Part shown: positions 23,334-34,199 of the stretch, piece after piece
Numbering within the stretch: position 1 is the stretch's first letter
How the letters are laid out: each line of letters opens with the position of its first letter
Assembly: GCA_012862495.1 (NCBI GenBank)
Contig: BLSG01000240.1
Coordinates: 96,893 to 143,082 of the forward strand
Reading direction: 5' to 3'
From: Thraustochytrium aureum
Taxonomy: Eukaryota
DNA: 46,190 bases
Translations under genes and position numbers: made by a program
The notes under the pieces: model-generated
What the model was told of the DNA's origin: nothing
The model's database searches: none
Seen by the model: the letters and a program-made list of their open reading frames with translations, nothing else

Positions 23334-25580
23334 ATGGAGGAGCCGACCGCGACAACCAACTCGGGCGACCAGGACGAGCGGATCAGAGCAAGGCGCACGA
23401 GAATCGAAAAACGCAACATCTCACGAAATGAAGAAGGGCAAAAGAGCGGCGGGGGAGACCCCGAGGAAAAGCAGAAGAGCCGGCGAAAGCAACAGGTCGC
23501 CAACAGCCTGGTGAGACTCGACAAGAAGAAAGCCAATACCATCGAGTCCGTGACGAGCATCCGAGTGGAGGCCGACCACTCGGAGAACGCGCGGCGCATC
23601 CACGAAGAAGAGAAACGGCAGCGGCGCTTGCACAGTCTGCAAGGCGAGGCCCTCTCAAGCGGAAAGAAAAATGCCGCTGTCGAAATGCGCTGGGCCGAGC
23701 TCATGGAGTACAACATGCCGCTCGAGTTGGATGCCGAGGTGGCCAAACAGCGCAAGGCGTGCGAGGACATCATCAAGAGCAAGGACAAGCTGATCAAGGA
23801 CTTCCAGCGCGAGCTCAAAATCAAGGACGAGGAGTACGTCAAGTCCCTGAAACGCCAAGGCGAGGACATCGAGCAGCTGCTCGCGCGCATGGCCTCGCAG
23901 TACAAGGAGCTCCAGCACCAGTACGAGGAGGAGCTCGAGGCCATCGAGGACGCCTTTCTGCAGGAACGCAAGGAGCTCATCGAATCGAACCGCGCAGAGA
24001 CCGACGCGCTCTTTGAGAAGCGTCGCGTGATGGAGATGAACTACATGGAGTCGCGCCAGGAGCGGGAAGCCAACTACCAAAAGGAGCTCACCGAGCTCCG
24101 CACGAAGGACGCAGAGGACTACAACCAGCTCAAAATCAAGCTGGAGACCGACATACAGACCCTGGAGCAGCAGCTCGAAGAGATGCGAGCCACGTACCAG
24201 ATGAACACGGAGAAGCTCGACTACAACTATCGCGTGCTGACCGAGCGCGACATGGAAAACTCGGCCACGCTCGGCCAGCAGAAGCGCAAGCTCGCGCGCC
24301 TCAAGGAGGCCTTGTCGACCATAACTGCAAAGTACCAGTCCACGGACGCAAAGTACAAGCAGGAGAACATGGAGCTGACCGAGGAGTATCGGCGAATCAC
24401 CAAGCAGTACAAGGACCTCCAAGCCAAGTTCCGCCACTTTGAGATTGCGGACAACCGCAAGTACCGCGAAATCTGGGAGATGCACAGGGAAGAAGTCCTC
24501 GAGCAAGTCTCGCAGCTTCTGTCGGCCGACAAGCTCATTCAAGAGCAGCAGCTTGGACTGGCCTGGAGGGCGCCGCCGCCGGAAGCTCTGCAGTGCAGCT
24601 CGGCCACATTTGCCGCCCCGAAAGCGCCGAGCTCGCCTGTGTCGCCCCAAGCCGCTACGACGCCGTCAAAGCCTGCGCCCCCCGCCACTGCCTCCCCAAC
24701 GGATGCGAAACCTGACTCGAGTTCGGACCGCGACGCGGCAGGCCCCGCAACGGGGCCTGATCCCTCTTTGGGGATGCCGGACCAGGAGGCGGCACATGGG
24801 GAAGCCCACAGCCGCAGCGCCGTGGTCGACGCCAAAGTGAGGTATCTGCTCGAGATGCTCAGTGCGGAAGCTGGCTTCCTCGTAGACTCGGAGGCGAAGG
24901 CGGCAGCGGCCGAAACGGAGGACGCTGCAAAGGCTGCGATCATCAGAGCGGACTCAATCCTGAAGGCTCTCAGCGTGGAGAGCGAGAGTGAACTGCTCAC
25001 CTTACTCGGCTACTTTTATGAGCGAGTGGACGACGACGAGGAGGACGCCTTTGCCCTGGAGCGCGCCGCGGACCGCGAAGCCGAGCTCAAGAGCTTGGGG
25101 CTCAAGGTCAAGGCCGATCAGGTCGTCAAAGTTATCAAACAATTCGTTCGCGACCGAAACGCAGAGGGCGACGACGCCTTTTCTGCGCTGCCTTCAGCCA
25201 CCAAAGGGTCGCGCAAGAAAAAGCGAGAAGACCTCGTGGACGAAGAGCAGCGTGCCTCTGATGCGCGCCGCGAGCGCGACAGGCAAGAGGAAATCGAGTA
25301 CTGGAGTCGTCTGGCCAGCATCGTGCCGGACCGGTCTGTGCGGGTTTGGGAAGCCCTGGAGCAGGCCATGCAAAAGTACAACAGCGTGCTGCAGGAGCGT
25401 GCAGAGACAATCCGGGAGGTTGCGGTGCTCAAGGCGCAAAACGACGAGCTTAAGGGCCTCCTAAACCAGTACCTTAGCTCCGACGCTGTGCAAACCCTGA
25501 TCGTCCCGCCACTAGAAACAACCTTGGGCCCGGACGCGGCGGGCCCTGCCGCAGCCCCTCGGAACCTGTATCGAAACTAG
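23334..25580 (+). CDS. DRC1: Dynein regulatory complex subunit 1 (CCDC164/NYD-SP28 family)
   Basis: KDKLIKDFQRELKIKDEEYVKSLKRQGEDI, KIKLETDIQTLEQQLEEMRATYQMNTEKLDYN, EQQLGLAW, C-terminal YWSRLASIVP...VWEAL...KYNSVLQER...NDELKGLLNQYL. Confidence 0.93.
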   Translation: MEEPTATTNSGDQDERIRARRTRIEKRNISRNEEGQKSGGGDPEEKQKSRRKQQVANSLVRLDKKKANTIESVTSIRVEADHSENARRIHEEEKRQRRLHSLQGEALSSGKKNAAVEMRWAELMEYNMPLELDAEVAKQRKACEDIIKSKDKLIKDFQRELKIKDEEYVKSLKRQGEDIEQLLARMASQYKELQHQYEEELEAIEDAFLQERKELIESNRAETDALFEKRRVMEMNYMESRQEREANYQKELTELRTKDAEDYNQLKIKLETDIQTLEQQLEEMRATYQMNTEKLDYNYRVLTERDMENSATLGQQKRKLARLKEALSTITAKYQSTDAKYKQENMELTEEYRRITKQYKDLQAKFRHFEIADNRKYREIWEMHREEVLEQVSQLLSADKLIQEQQLGLAWRAPPPEALQCSSATFAAPKAPSSPVSPQAATTPSKPAPPATASPTDAKPDSSSDRDAAGPATGPDPSLGMPDQEAAHGEAHSRSAVVDAKVRYLLEMLSAEAGFLVDSEAKAAAAETEDAAKAAIIRADSILKALSVESESELLTLLGYFYERVDDDEEDAFALERAADREAELKSLGLKVKADQVVKVIKQFVRDRNAEGDDAFSALPSATKGSRKKKREDLVDEEQRASDARRERDRQEEIEYWSRLASIVPDRSVRVWEALEQAMQKYNSVLQERAETIREVAVLKAQNDELKGLLNQYLSSDAVQTLIVPPLETTLGPDAAGPAAAPRNLYRN

Positions 25581-25679
25581 CTATGTAGCCACGAAAGGCA
25601 GCTCTGCAAGCGCGCCCCAGGGCGCGATGAAGTCAACATTTATCTTATCAAAATCTTGCATCTCTCAGTCTATTCTAAA

Positions 25680-25748
25680 GGCAGGCAGGCAGGCGGGCAG
25701 GCAGGCAGGCAGGCAGGCAGGCAGGTAGGCAGGCAGGCAGGCAGGCAG
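25680..25748. repeat. (GGCA)n microsatellite, ~17 units, imperfect
   Basis: Visible between the convergent DRC1 and DOCK stop codons. Confidence 0.95.
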
Positions 25749-25756
25749 CCTTGGGA

Positions 25757-28700
25757 TCAAACGTCTTCCGCATCCTCCTCGGCGTCCTCGGCGCCATCCG
25801 CCAGCGCCTCCAGAACGAGACCCTGCAGCTCAGCAAACTTGTCCACGAGGTAGGCGTGAAGCGGGAGCAAGTCCGTCCCGCAAACGCGGCCGTGGACCTC
25901 CAGGGCGACGCGCACGAGGTCGATTTGGTCTCTCAAAAGTCTCTGCAGCCGGTTCACCCAAGCGTCAAGATGCCCGCGCATGGCATACGCCCCGACAATC
26001 TCGGGAAAGCTGGTCGATAAATCGGCGGACAGAAGCGGGGCGTAGTTTTTCAGCACGCCGCCATTTACGGCGGCGTCCACGACCCCGCTCACCAGCATTG
26101 TGAACGACTGCGGAGCGCTGCGCTCTGCAAGGCCCTTGTTAGCAGAAATCGCCTCTGCAAGCTCGCAGTTCTTCTCATGAAGCGAAATGACCGCCAGCCG
26201 CAGCGGGTCGATTTCCAACGTGGTTGACTCTACCACAGCCGCTCGCCGAGAAAGCCCAGGGAAAGCCACTGCGGAGCGCACACACGTCCGCTCAGCCCAA
26301 CTGTCCAGGAACTCGTTGCCCGACTTTGCAACCCGCTTGCGGAAGGTCCTGGTGCTCACAAAGTCCGTCGCACCGACGTATCTGCGCCCTTCGAGAGCGC
26401 CCAGCGGGACGGTTCGGAAGTCAAAGGCAGCCGGGTCCGTCGAGCCTGCGTGTTGCAAGAGGTCGCGGAGGAATGCCGATGCGGGCTGCACGGTTTGAAC
26501 GAACACGCAGTCGACGTCGCCACGCTCCCTGCGAGCGCGCTCAATGGCCTGGGGGCCTTGGAATACGACGGCGTCCGGGTATCGCTTAGCCAGCCTCGCG
26601 CAAAAGTCGCCGAGTCCCTCTACGTCATCGCCTTTATAAATAAACGAGTGCCCGTTCAGCGCTCCAAAGGTGCGGGCTCCGCTGCCCTCGCGCTCCCCGT
26701 TCCGAAAGGCAACGCAAAAGTACGAGGGATAGTATCGCGGGCCGGGCCTTGCAAGCTCGTCAAAAAGCCCAGCCTGCTCGCGGTGCAGCTCAGCCACCCG
26801 ATGTGGCGACAGTCCCTCGCGCTCGATTTCGCTCCTAACATCGCCAAGGACCTGCGCGGCAGCGGCCCATTGCCGCCCGCGCTTGTACAGCTCTGCAGCC
26901 TTGAGCTTGAGCGTTTGTGCCTCGCTGATTCGCAAGTCGTGCTCAGTGCCAGTTGTCGTAGCACCGGCCTTCGCAGGGGCCGCGGCGAGCGCCGCGTTCG
27001 GGGACGATACGATCTCCGCCTCGAGAATGAGCGCAGCAGCAGCCTCAGCAAAGTTGCCGAGGTTTATGTGCATGGTGCTGAGGTCGTCCACGTAACGGGC
27101 GTAGCGCGTGCGGCGGTGGATCCCGCGGAGGTAGTTTACAACCTGCAGAATTGCATCAGCGCGATCGTGCTCGTGCTCCTTGTCTTTGGGCAGGCGCCCA
27201 AGCTCAAGTAGGAGACCGAACAGGCGAGCCATCTGATTCACAAATCGCTCCAGCTCGACGCGATACTGCTCGCTCACGCAAAGTGCGGCGAGGTGGGTGC
27301 GAAACAGCTCGTCAATCTGGCGGGCCAACTCGGCGTCCAGGAGGGAGGCCTGGACCGCGGCGTCAATAAAGTCGATGCTCTCGCGCTCGACAGCTTCTGC
27401 GGATCGGCCCATCGTGCTGGCCAGCTCGGAGCGGATCAATCCCAAGTATGCCTCGCGCGCAAACGAAGCCAAACCCTCACGCCGCGCCGCAACGCTTACG
27501 CGCAAGAGCGGGCCAACCGCCTCGCGGGCCAAGCGCCATTGCTGCGACACAAGCACCTGCTCCAAGCAGGGGCGGATGAGCTGGCAGACGCGTTCCCGCA
27601 GATCCACAACGCCCTCCCGAGCAACGAGCTCAACGAGGAGAGGGCGCTGGTCCCTCCAAAGGTCCAACGTGAGAATATTCAGCGCGCCAGAGACGAAGGC
27701 TCGCCAGGCGCTGCCGCCTCCCCCAACTTGCACGCCGCCGTGGGACGGCCCTCGGCACAAGTCGCGGGTGGCTGATGCTCCAGCGAATCGGGCTCGCAGA
27801 ACAGGGGCAACCCACGCAAGAAGCTTGAAAAGCCCTTTGCAGGCGCCAATGATGACTGTCGGCCAGGCAGTCGAGTACGGCCCGACAGACTGCTTTGGAG
27901 AGGCGAGAGCACCTGCGCATACCATGCAAACGAAGCGCACGAAGCGCCTCATTGGGACAGCGGCCTCGTCGCGAAACACCGCCGACCAGTAGTGCGCGAG
28001 CTGAGCCGGATCCATGGCCAGGACGATCGAGAGCGCCGAAGCAAAAAGACCTGCATAGACCTCACGCGTCAGCTCGCAAACGCCATCTTCCATGGCTCCA
28101 AGGAGAGCAATGACGTCAGGGAGAAGTATCGAAGCCGCCCAAATGTCGTTTCGACGCTGAGTAGAGCGCACCGGCCCAGAAATCGCAGCTGTTGGGCTGC
28201 AATCCGCAGCGTGGGGATCCGACCCACTCCCACCAGCCACGAGAGTCCTGGTCAGGGCACAAAGCGTGTCCACAGTGAGCGCGAGGTCCGCGCTGTGCTC
28301 GTCGGCGAGATGCTCCTGGAGCGTCCGGACAAGAGCAGGCAGGACTGCGCTGCGAGCATCAGGGGCACGCAGCGTTCGGCCAGTGCACAGGCGTTGTACC
28401 AGGCGCAGCTTTTCTTGGCTCACTGCTTGGGCGTCGAGGTGGATGGATTCGAGGAAACCGCGGGCCATCTCACCGACCTCCGCGTCCGAGAAAAGTGGGT
28501 CGCAGGGCGAAGCCGCTAGAGTCGCGAGTTGTGCACCGAAGCGCGCTTCTATACATTGCCCGAACGAGGCGATAGCGCGCATCTGGACGGCTTCCAGAAC
28601 GACCGGCTCGCCACCAACGCTGATCTGGACGCCGTTATGGGAAGGCTGTGCGACCATGTCATCAATCAGGTAAACAATGTCCAGGAGGTGTTGCCGCGTT

Positions 28701-31665
28701 TGCTCGCGCGACAGGCGCGATTGCGAGCCGGTACCCCGGGCCCGCGCCTCGTCGAGGAAGAACGACTGGGCCACCATGTCGACCACGCAGGGGAGCGCCC
28801 GCATCAGGTTGAAGAGGCTAGAGCTAGAGGCCCGCTGTCGGGGCGTTGGGGGCCGCATTCGGCCCATTTTGTCCCCCCCACCCGGGTTCGCACGGACATC
28901 GTCAGGCGTGCGATCAGCGCCACCCTCGTCCTCTTCGCTCGTCGGTGAACCAGCTTCTTGGCACGCTTGCGAAAAATTCTCGAGACAAAAACGCATGCAG
29001 CCGAGCAGCGCAGGATAAACCCGGGAGGCGAGAGCGCCAGCTCCTGGTAGCGAGTGGGCAAGAAAAGATCTAAAAGCGGCGCGGAACGACGCCCCGCCCC
29101 GCCCGGCCGCATCGGTCGCCTCGGCTTTCGCAAGCGTTACCAGAAGAAAATCAAATGCCGAGCCAACGACTCGATCATCCTCGGAGGAGTCAAGAACCTC
29201 CAACGCAGCGCGGAGTAGGGCATCAAAGTACGTGACCAGCCGCGGTGGATCAATCGAGACTGCGACGTAGTCGATGACCGCCAGGACGGCCTCCGTAGAC
29301 CCAAGTGCGTCCCAGTGCAAGAGGTTGTGCAGCTCTGCGCGGTTCGTGCGGCAGCTCGAACAGAGATACAGGTCGACGTGCAACAGCTCACCGGGTCGGG
29401 GCACGAGTCCGCTCGTGGAAGGCGGATCAGGCGTTGGCAGAACGCCGAGCAGGGGACCTGACAGCCCGCGCACAAATGCGCCGACCATGTCGCCCGCAGA
29501 TAAGGGCCGAAAGCACTGCAGGGCGCGCGATCCGTCTGGCGTGACNNNNNNNNNNNNNNNNNNNNNNNNNNNNNNNNNNNNNNNNNNNNNNNNNNNNNNN
29601 NNNNNNNNNNNNNNNNNNNNNNNNNNNNNNNNNNNNNNNNNNNNNNNNNNNNNNNNNNNNNNNNNNNNNNNNNNNNNNNNNNNNNNNNNNNNNNNNNNNN
29701 NNNNNNNNNNNNNNNNNNNNNNNNNNNNNNNNNNNNNNNNNNNNNNNNNNNNNNNNNNNNNNNNNNNNNNNNNNNNNNNNNNNNNNNNNNNNNNNNNNNC
29801 TCGCAGCCCTCTTCTTGTCCTGAAGAAAGCTTGCGCGATTCAGCGTGACATAGAGGTCGTCGCGCGCGACCGTGGTCGCTAGGCCAAAAGTGTCTTGAAA
29901 CAGCTTTGGCGTCACGTCGGCGGCCGCGCCAGGATCGTGCAGCTGGATCTGCAGCGTGACGGCCAGCGGCCTAGCAAGAGTTGAGTGGCCCTCTGGGGGC
30001 CGCAGGGCCGCGGCGGAGGCCTCTCGGGCGCTCGCTATCAGGTAATGTAGCTTGGTTGTCAGGTACTCGTCGCGGCCCTGCGACAGCGACAGAGCATGCG
30101 CGCTGAGCTTGACAGGCTGCAGTGCCAGCCGAGAAACGAGCGGGGTGAGGTGCCAGACAGCGGCGCCGAACGGACGCCTGTACTCGGCCTCGTCTTGTTC
30201 TTTGGGTTTGCCGATCATCCGCGCCCATGCAGGGCTCGAGGGTGGCGTGCTCGATCCGCCTGCAGAGAGCAGGGCCCCGTGCGGACCATGGTGCAGAGCA
30301 GAAATAGATCGTCTTCGACTTGGCGTCGCCGCAAGCGGCTGAAGAGGGTGCTGCGCAGTCCCGTTGCTCGGCCGTCGCGGTCCACTTGCACTGCAAAGTC
30401 CTCGGTTAGGAATGACTTTGCCGTCGCCGAGTAAAGGGAGAAGTATGCTGTGACATTGGCACCTTGCATCGTTCCAGACCCATGCTCAAACGTAAATGCC
30501 ATGTCAAGCAAACTGTTGCGTGCGACGAACCACGGCCGTTCAGGCGAGCCCGGTGAACGCTCCTGCTGGGGATCCGCCGTTTCGCGGCCCGGACTGACTG
30601 ACTGTCCGCGACGCGAGAGGCGCCAGCTCATACTGTTTCTTTGCGTCGGCTCGTCCAAACTAGCAAGAGTCGCGGCGCCACCCTGGCTTTGCCGAGCAAC
30701 CTGTGCAAGCGTTTTGTAAATGTCCTGCAAAGCCTGAATCGGAATCTCAGCGTGCCCAGCAGCGTCCGCGGCCGAGGAGATGGACTCGTCGAGGGCCTGC
30801 AGGGCCTCAGCCTGCTCAGGTGTTCTGCTCGCCCTCTGATGGACTTGAGCCAACTCCAGGAGGCTCATCGAGCTGCTCGAGGCGCAGTGCCCATCAAGGC
30901 CGAGCGGCAGCATCATCCCGTTAGCGTCGACAGCTGGGGCAAGCTGATTGAGGAGCTGAACGATGCGCTCGCGAAGGATTGCGCACAGCGGTGGCGGGGC
31001 GGGGAAACGCTTTCGACTGCTGGCCAGACGTGGCGGGCCCACGCCGCCAGCTCACTGGCAAGTGCTTTCCTCAAGCCGTTGTCACTGGCTGACGCATGCG
31101 CGAGGGCTGCGAGCGCACGTTGTTGCAGAGCGTCTCGGCCGTCCAGCTCGGCTTCAGCTTGCTCAACGAGTGGGGCCAGCTCCGTGCTCGAACTGCTCTG
31201 AAGCGCTTGAACGGGCCACCGACGAGGCTCTGGGGATTGACTCGCTGGAGGTGGGCCGGGTGGCGGCTTGGGTGGTATAAAGGAGCGGGCTTGCGGTGGG
31301 GGCTCGCCGCTTGGCGGTGGGGGCGGGCCTGGCGGCGGTTGCAGATAACTTCGCTCTGGAGGACGGCTCGGCTCGAGCAAACCGGCTGCAGGGATGGGCG
31401 GTGGTGGCCCAGGCCCTCGTTTTGCCTGCTCCTGCTCGGCCTTGCGTCCAGAAGCTTCCTCCTCGAGCAGCTCAACGAACGCCGCGGGAAATATGCCCTT
31501 GGCGCCCGTGTCCTGGTTGGTCCCCTTGAACCAGCCTTGCGCAAACCTCGAGATCTCCACGAGGTCCCCTTCGCGGAGCTCGACCTGGTGCTTGCCATCG
31601 CCCGCAAACGGGTGCTTCGCCCTGCCGCGCGCCCTCAGTGGCGCCCACGCGCCCGCGCGCGCCAT
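25757..31665 (-). CDS. DOCK-family Rho/Rac GEF with SH3, DHR-1 (C2) and DHR-2 domains (DOCK-A/B architecture); frameshifts at ~31000 and 30272-30274, one N-gap
   Basis: N-terminal SH3 ELREGDLVEI...GWFKG...GIFPAAFVEL; YRRPFGAAV; DHR-1 start RDDLYVTL and end LCSSCRT; DHR-2 YFCVAF, FIYKG, NEFLDSWAERT, AFPGLSRR, SGVVDAAVNGG. Confidence 0.9.
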
Positions 31666-32328
31666 GCCGCGCCCCGTTCGGGTTCTGCTCCTCCAACTGC
31701 AACAGCCGAGTGATTTTGGCGCTTGGACAAGTCGGAGAAATCTTGTGGAGCACCTGGACAGACCTGCATCGCGCAGCGCGCAAGGCAGCGCAGGGACTCG
31801 ACACGCCACGCAGCGCAACGCAGCGCAGGAGATCGGCGCGCAACGCAGCACGGCACGCGAAGCAGCGCACCACGCGAGCTTGATTCCCGGCGCGAGAGAC
31901 CGACACGCAGCGCAGCGCAAGCTCGGCACGCTGCACGAGCTCGAACCGCTGGCGCGAAACGCAGGCACGCTCGGCCGACGTGCAAGAGCTGTAGAGACGC
32001 TGGTTGACACGCAGCAGGGAAAAGCCTTTTGCAACGAGAGGAGGGCTGGGCAGGCGGTGGACGTCTGGAAGCCGTGGTTTTGCCAGGCGTCAAGGCCAAG
32101 GTCGACGAGGCCTGTCGATCAACGTAGAGGTCGCCGCGGTGAANNNNNNNNNNNNNNNNNNNNNNNNNNNNNNNNNNNNNNNNNNNNNNNNNNNNNNNNN
32201 NNNNNNNNNNNNNNNNNNNNNNNNNNNNNNNNNNNNNNNNNNNNNNNNNNNNNNNNNNNNNNNNNNNNNNNNNNNNNNNNNNNNNNNNNNNNNNNNNNNN
32301 NNNNNNNNNNNNNNNNNNNNNNNNNNNG

Positions 32329-34067
32329 GCCGTCGTCGTCGGCGTAGCAGCGGCGGCGTTCGCGGCGGGCTGGGCGTTGGCTGAGAGGCGGCAGACTCGG
32401 AGAGTTGCCGCTGGCGGGAAGGACGGTCGGCGCGGCGCGAGGCAGGGCAATGGGTTTGTCGCGAGAGACGAGCTTCCGGATTCGGAAAAGCTCCTGCTGG
32501 AGGAACAGCTGTCCAGAGGGGCGCAGTTTCTGGGCGAAGACGGGCAGCTGAAAGTGGACGGAGCGTTTGTTGTGGTGGTCGGCGTCGGCGGTGTCGGAAG
32601 CCATTGCGCGCACTTTTTGGCGCGGAGCGGCGTGCGACGGCTCCGCATAGTCGACTTTGACAACGTCACGCTCTCTTCGCTGAACCGCCACGCTGTGGCA
32701 GGCCGCGCCGACGTCGGGACGCCAAAGGTTGAAGCCCTCGCAAGGCACATTCGCGAGTTTGCGCCGTACTGCGAGGTCGACTGCCGCGCGGAAATGTTCA
32801 CTGCCCCGAGGGCCGAGGCGCTGCTTGAAGGGGAGCCAGACTACGTGGTGGACTGCATTGACGACCGCAACACCAAGGTCGAGCTGCTCGCGCACTGCCT
32901 TTTGAAGGGGCTTCGCGTCTTGAGCTCTATGGCCGCCGGCGCTAAGGCCGATCCCTCGCGCCTGCACTTTACAGAGATGCGCGAGGTCGTCCGCGACCCC
33001 CTGGCGTCGCGGTTGCGATGGAGTCTGCGAAAGTATCTCAAGGACACCGGGGCGAGCGCAGACGTGGCAGATGCCTTTGACCGTGTCGAGGTCCTGTACT
33101 CCTCCGAACTTCCACACATGAAGCTTCTGCCCCTGGATTCCGAGGTCGCCAACGAGGACCCCGCCGAGCTCGGCGCGGTTCCAAAACTTTTCGCGTCCGG
33201 GTAATGCCTGTTCTGGGTACCATGCCGGCCGTCTTTGGCATCGCCATGGCGGCGCGCGTCGTGACCGAGTTGGCAGGCAGGCCGTTCTCGCCGATTCCTG
33301 CCCCGTTTCTCAAGCAGTCTGCGGCTCATAAATACCGACAAAAGCTTGTGAACCGGCTCGCGCAGATGGCTGCCGCGCGCGCTGCCGCATCGAGCGCAGA
33401 GGAGGGGCACACGGCGGGCGACAAGCAGATCGACTGGACTGACGCCGACTTTGTGGGCGACGACGACGTGGCCACGGTTGTCGCCCAGTTTTGCCAGCGG
33501 TGCCCGGTGTCGCAACACAGGATGGGCGCTGGGCAGAACTTTGAGCTTGCTCTTTGGCGTTTCGATCGTCCTGTGCGGCCGGACAACTTGGTCTTGTGCG
33601 CAACGAAAGCTGTGTCTCGCCTTGAAGCGCTGGCTCTCGCTGGCGAGCTACCGACGCCACGTGGCCTCGGCATCTCGCAAGAGGCCTTCGCGCAGATTGT
33701 CCACAAGCTCGCTGCGATGCGCACGGAGGACCAGTCGCACGCTCTGCGCGAGGGCGAGACAGCCTTCGCGCGGAGCCTCAAGCGCGCTCTTCCGCACATG
33801 AACAAAGACCATCAAGCCGACAACCTCACGCTCGTCCGCGCATTTGGGGGGCTGGAGGACGCCGAGTCCGCGACGATGGTCTCGCTTGACCGCTTCGGCG
33901 CGGCGTTTCGCTGCAAGCGTGCTAAAGGCGGCGAAGCCGCCGCTCGAGTACTTTTCCCGAGCGAGCTCATCGAGGCAGCCGAGCTGCGGGAGACGCTAGT
34001 CAAGCTCACTCTGCAAGGCAGGACTTTGCTCGCGCGCCCCGACTCGAGCTCGCCTCCAGCTGTTTAG
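32329..34067 (+). CDS. tRNA threonylcarbamoyladenosine dehydratase (TcdA/TCD1-TCD2, ThiF/E1-like) with N-terminal membrane anchor and C-terminal DUF2470 domain; start in gap; frameshift at 33183-33191
   Basis: AVVVGVAAAAFAAGWALA anchor; EEQLSRGAQFLGEDG, VVGVGGVGSH, DFDNVTLSSLNRH, YVVDCIDD, GAKADP, DPLA, VLYSSE. Removing two extra bases gives PNFRVRVMPVLGTMPAVFG. The C-terminus has HMNKDH...MVSLDRFG...RVLFP...LRETLV. Confidence 0.88.
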
Positions 34068-34199
34068 TCTCGTACGGAGAGCAGACCCGTGACGGCCGAC
34101 GCGCCGATGTCGGCAGAGCTGACGAGGAGAGCCGTCTGGTGAGAGCGGCTCTACTTACTTGTTCACAGCCGACTTGGCAAGCGCCAAGCGTGACGCAAC

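Noticed and set aside
17198..23355. Very long ORFs spanning N-runs (e.g. 19666..23301, 17347..19515, 21842..23980)
   Set aside because: Their length is an artefact of X-translated gaps or antisense shadows of real genes.
34119..34160. CTGACGAG followed by an AGAGCCG/CGGCTCT hairpin, hammerhead-like start
   Set aside because: There is no GAAA after the stem and stems I/III are not evident.
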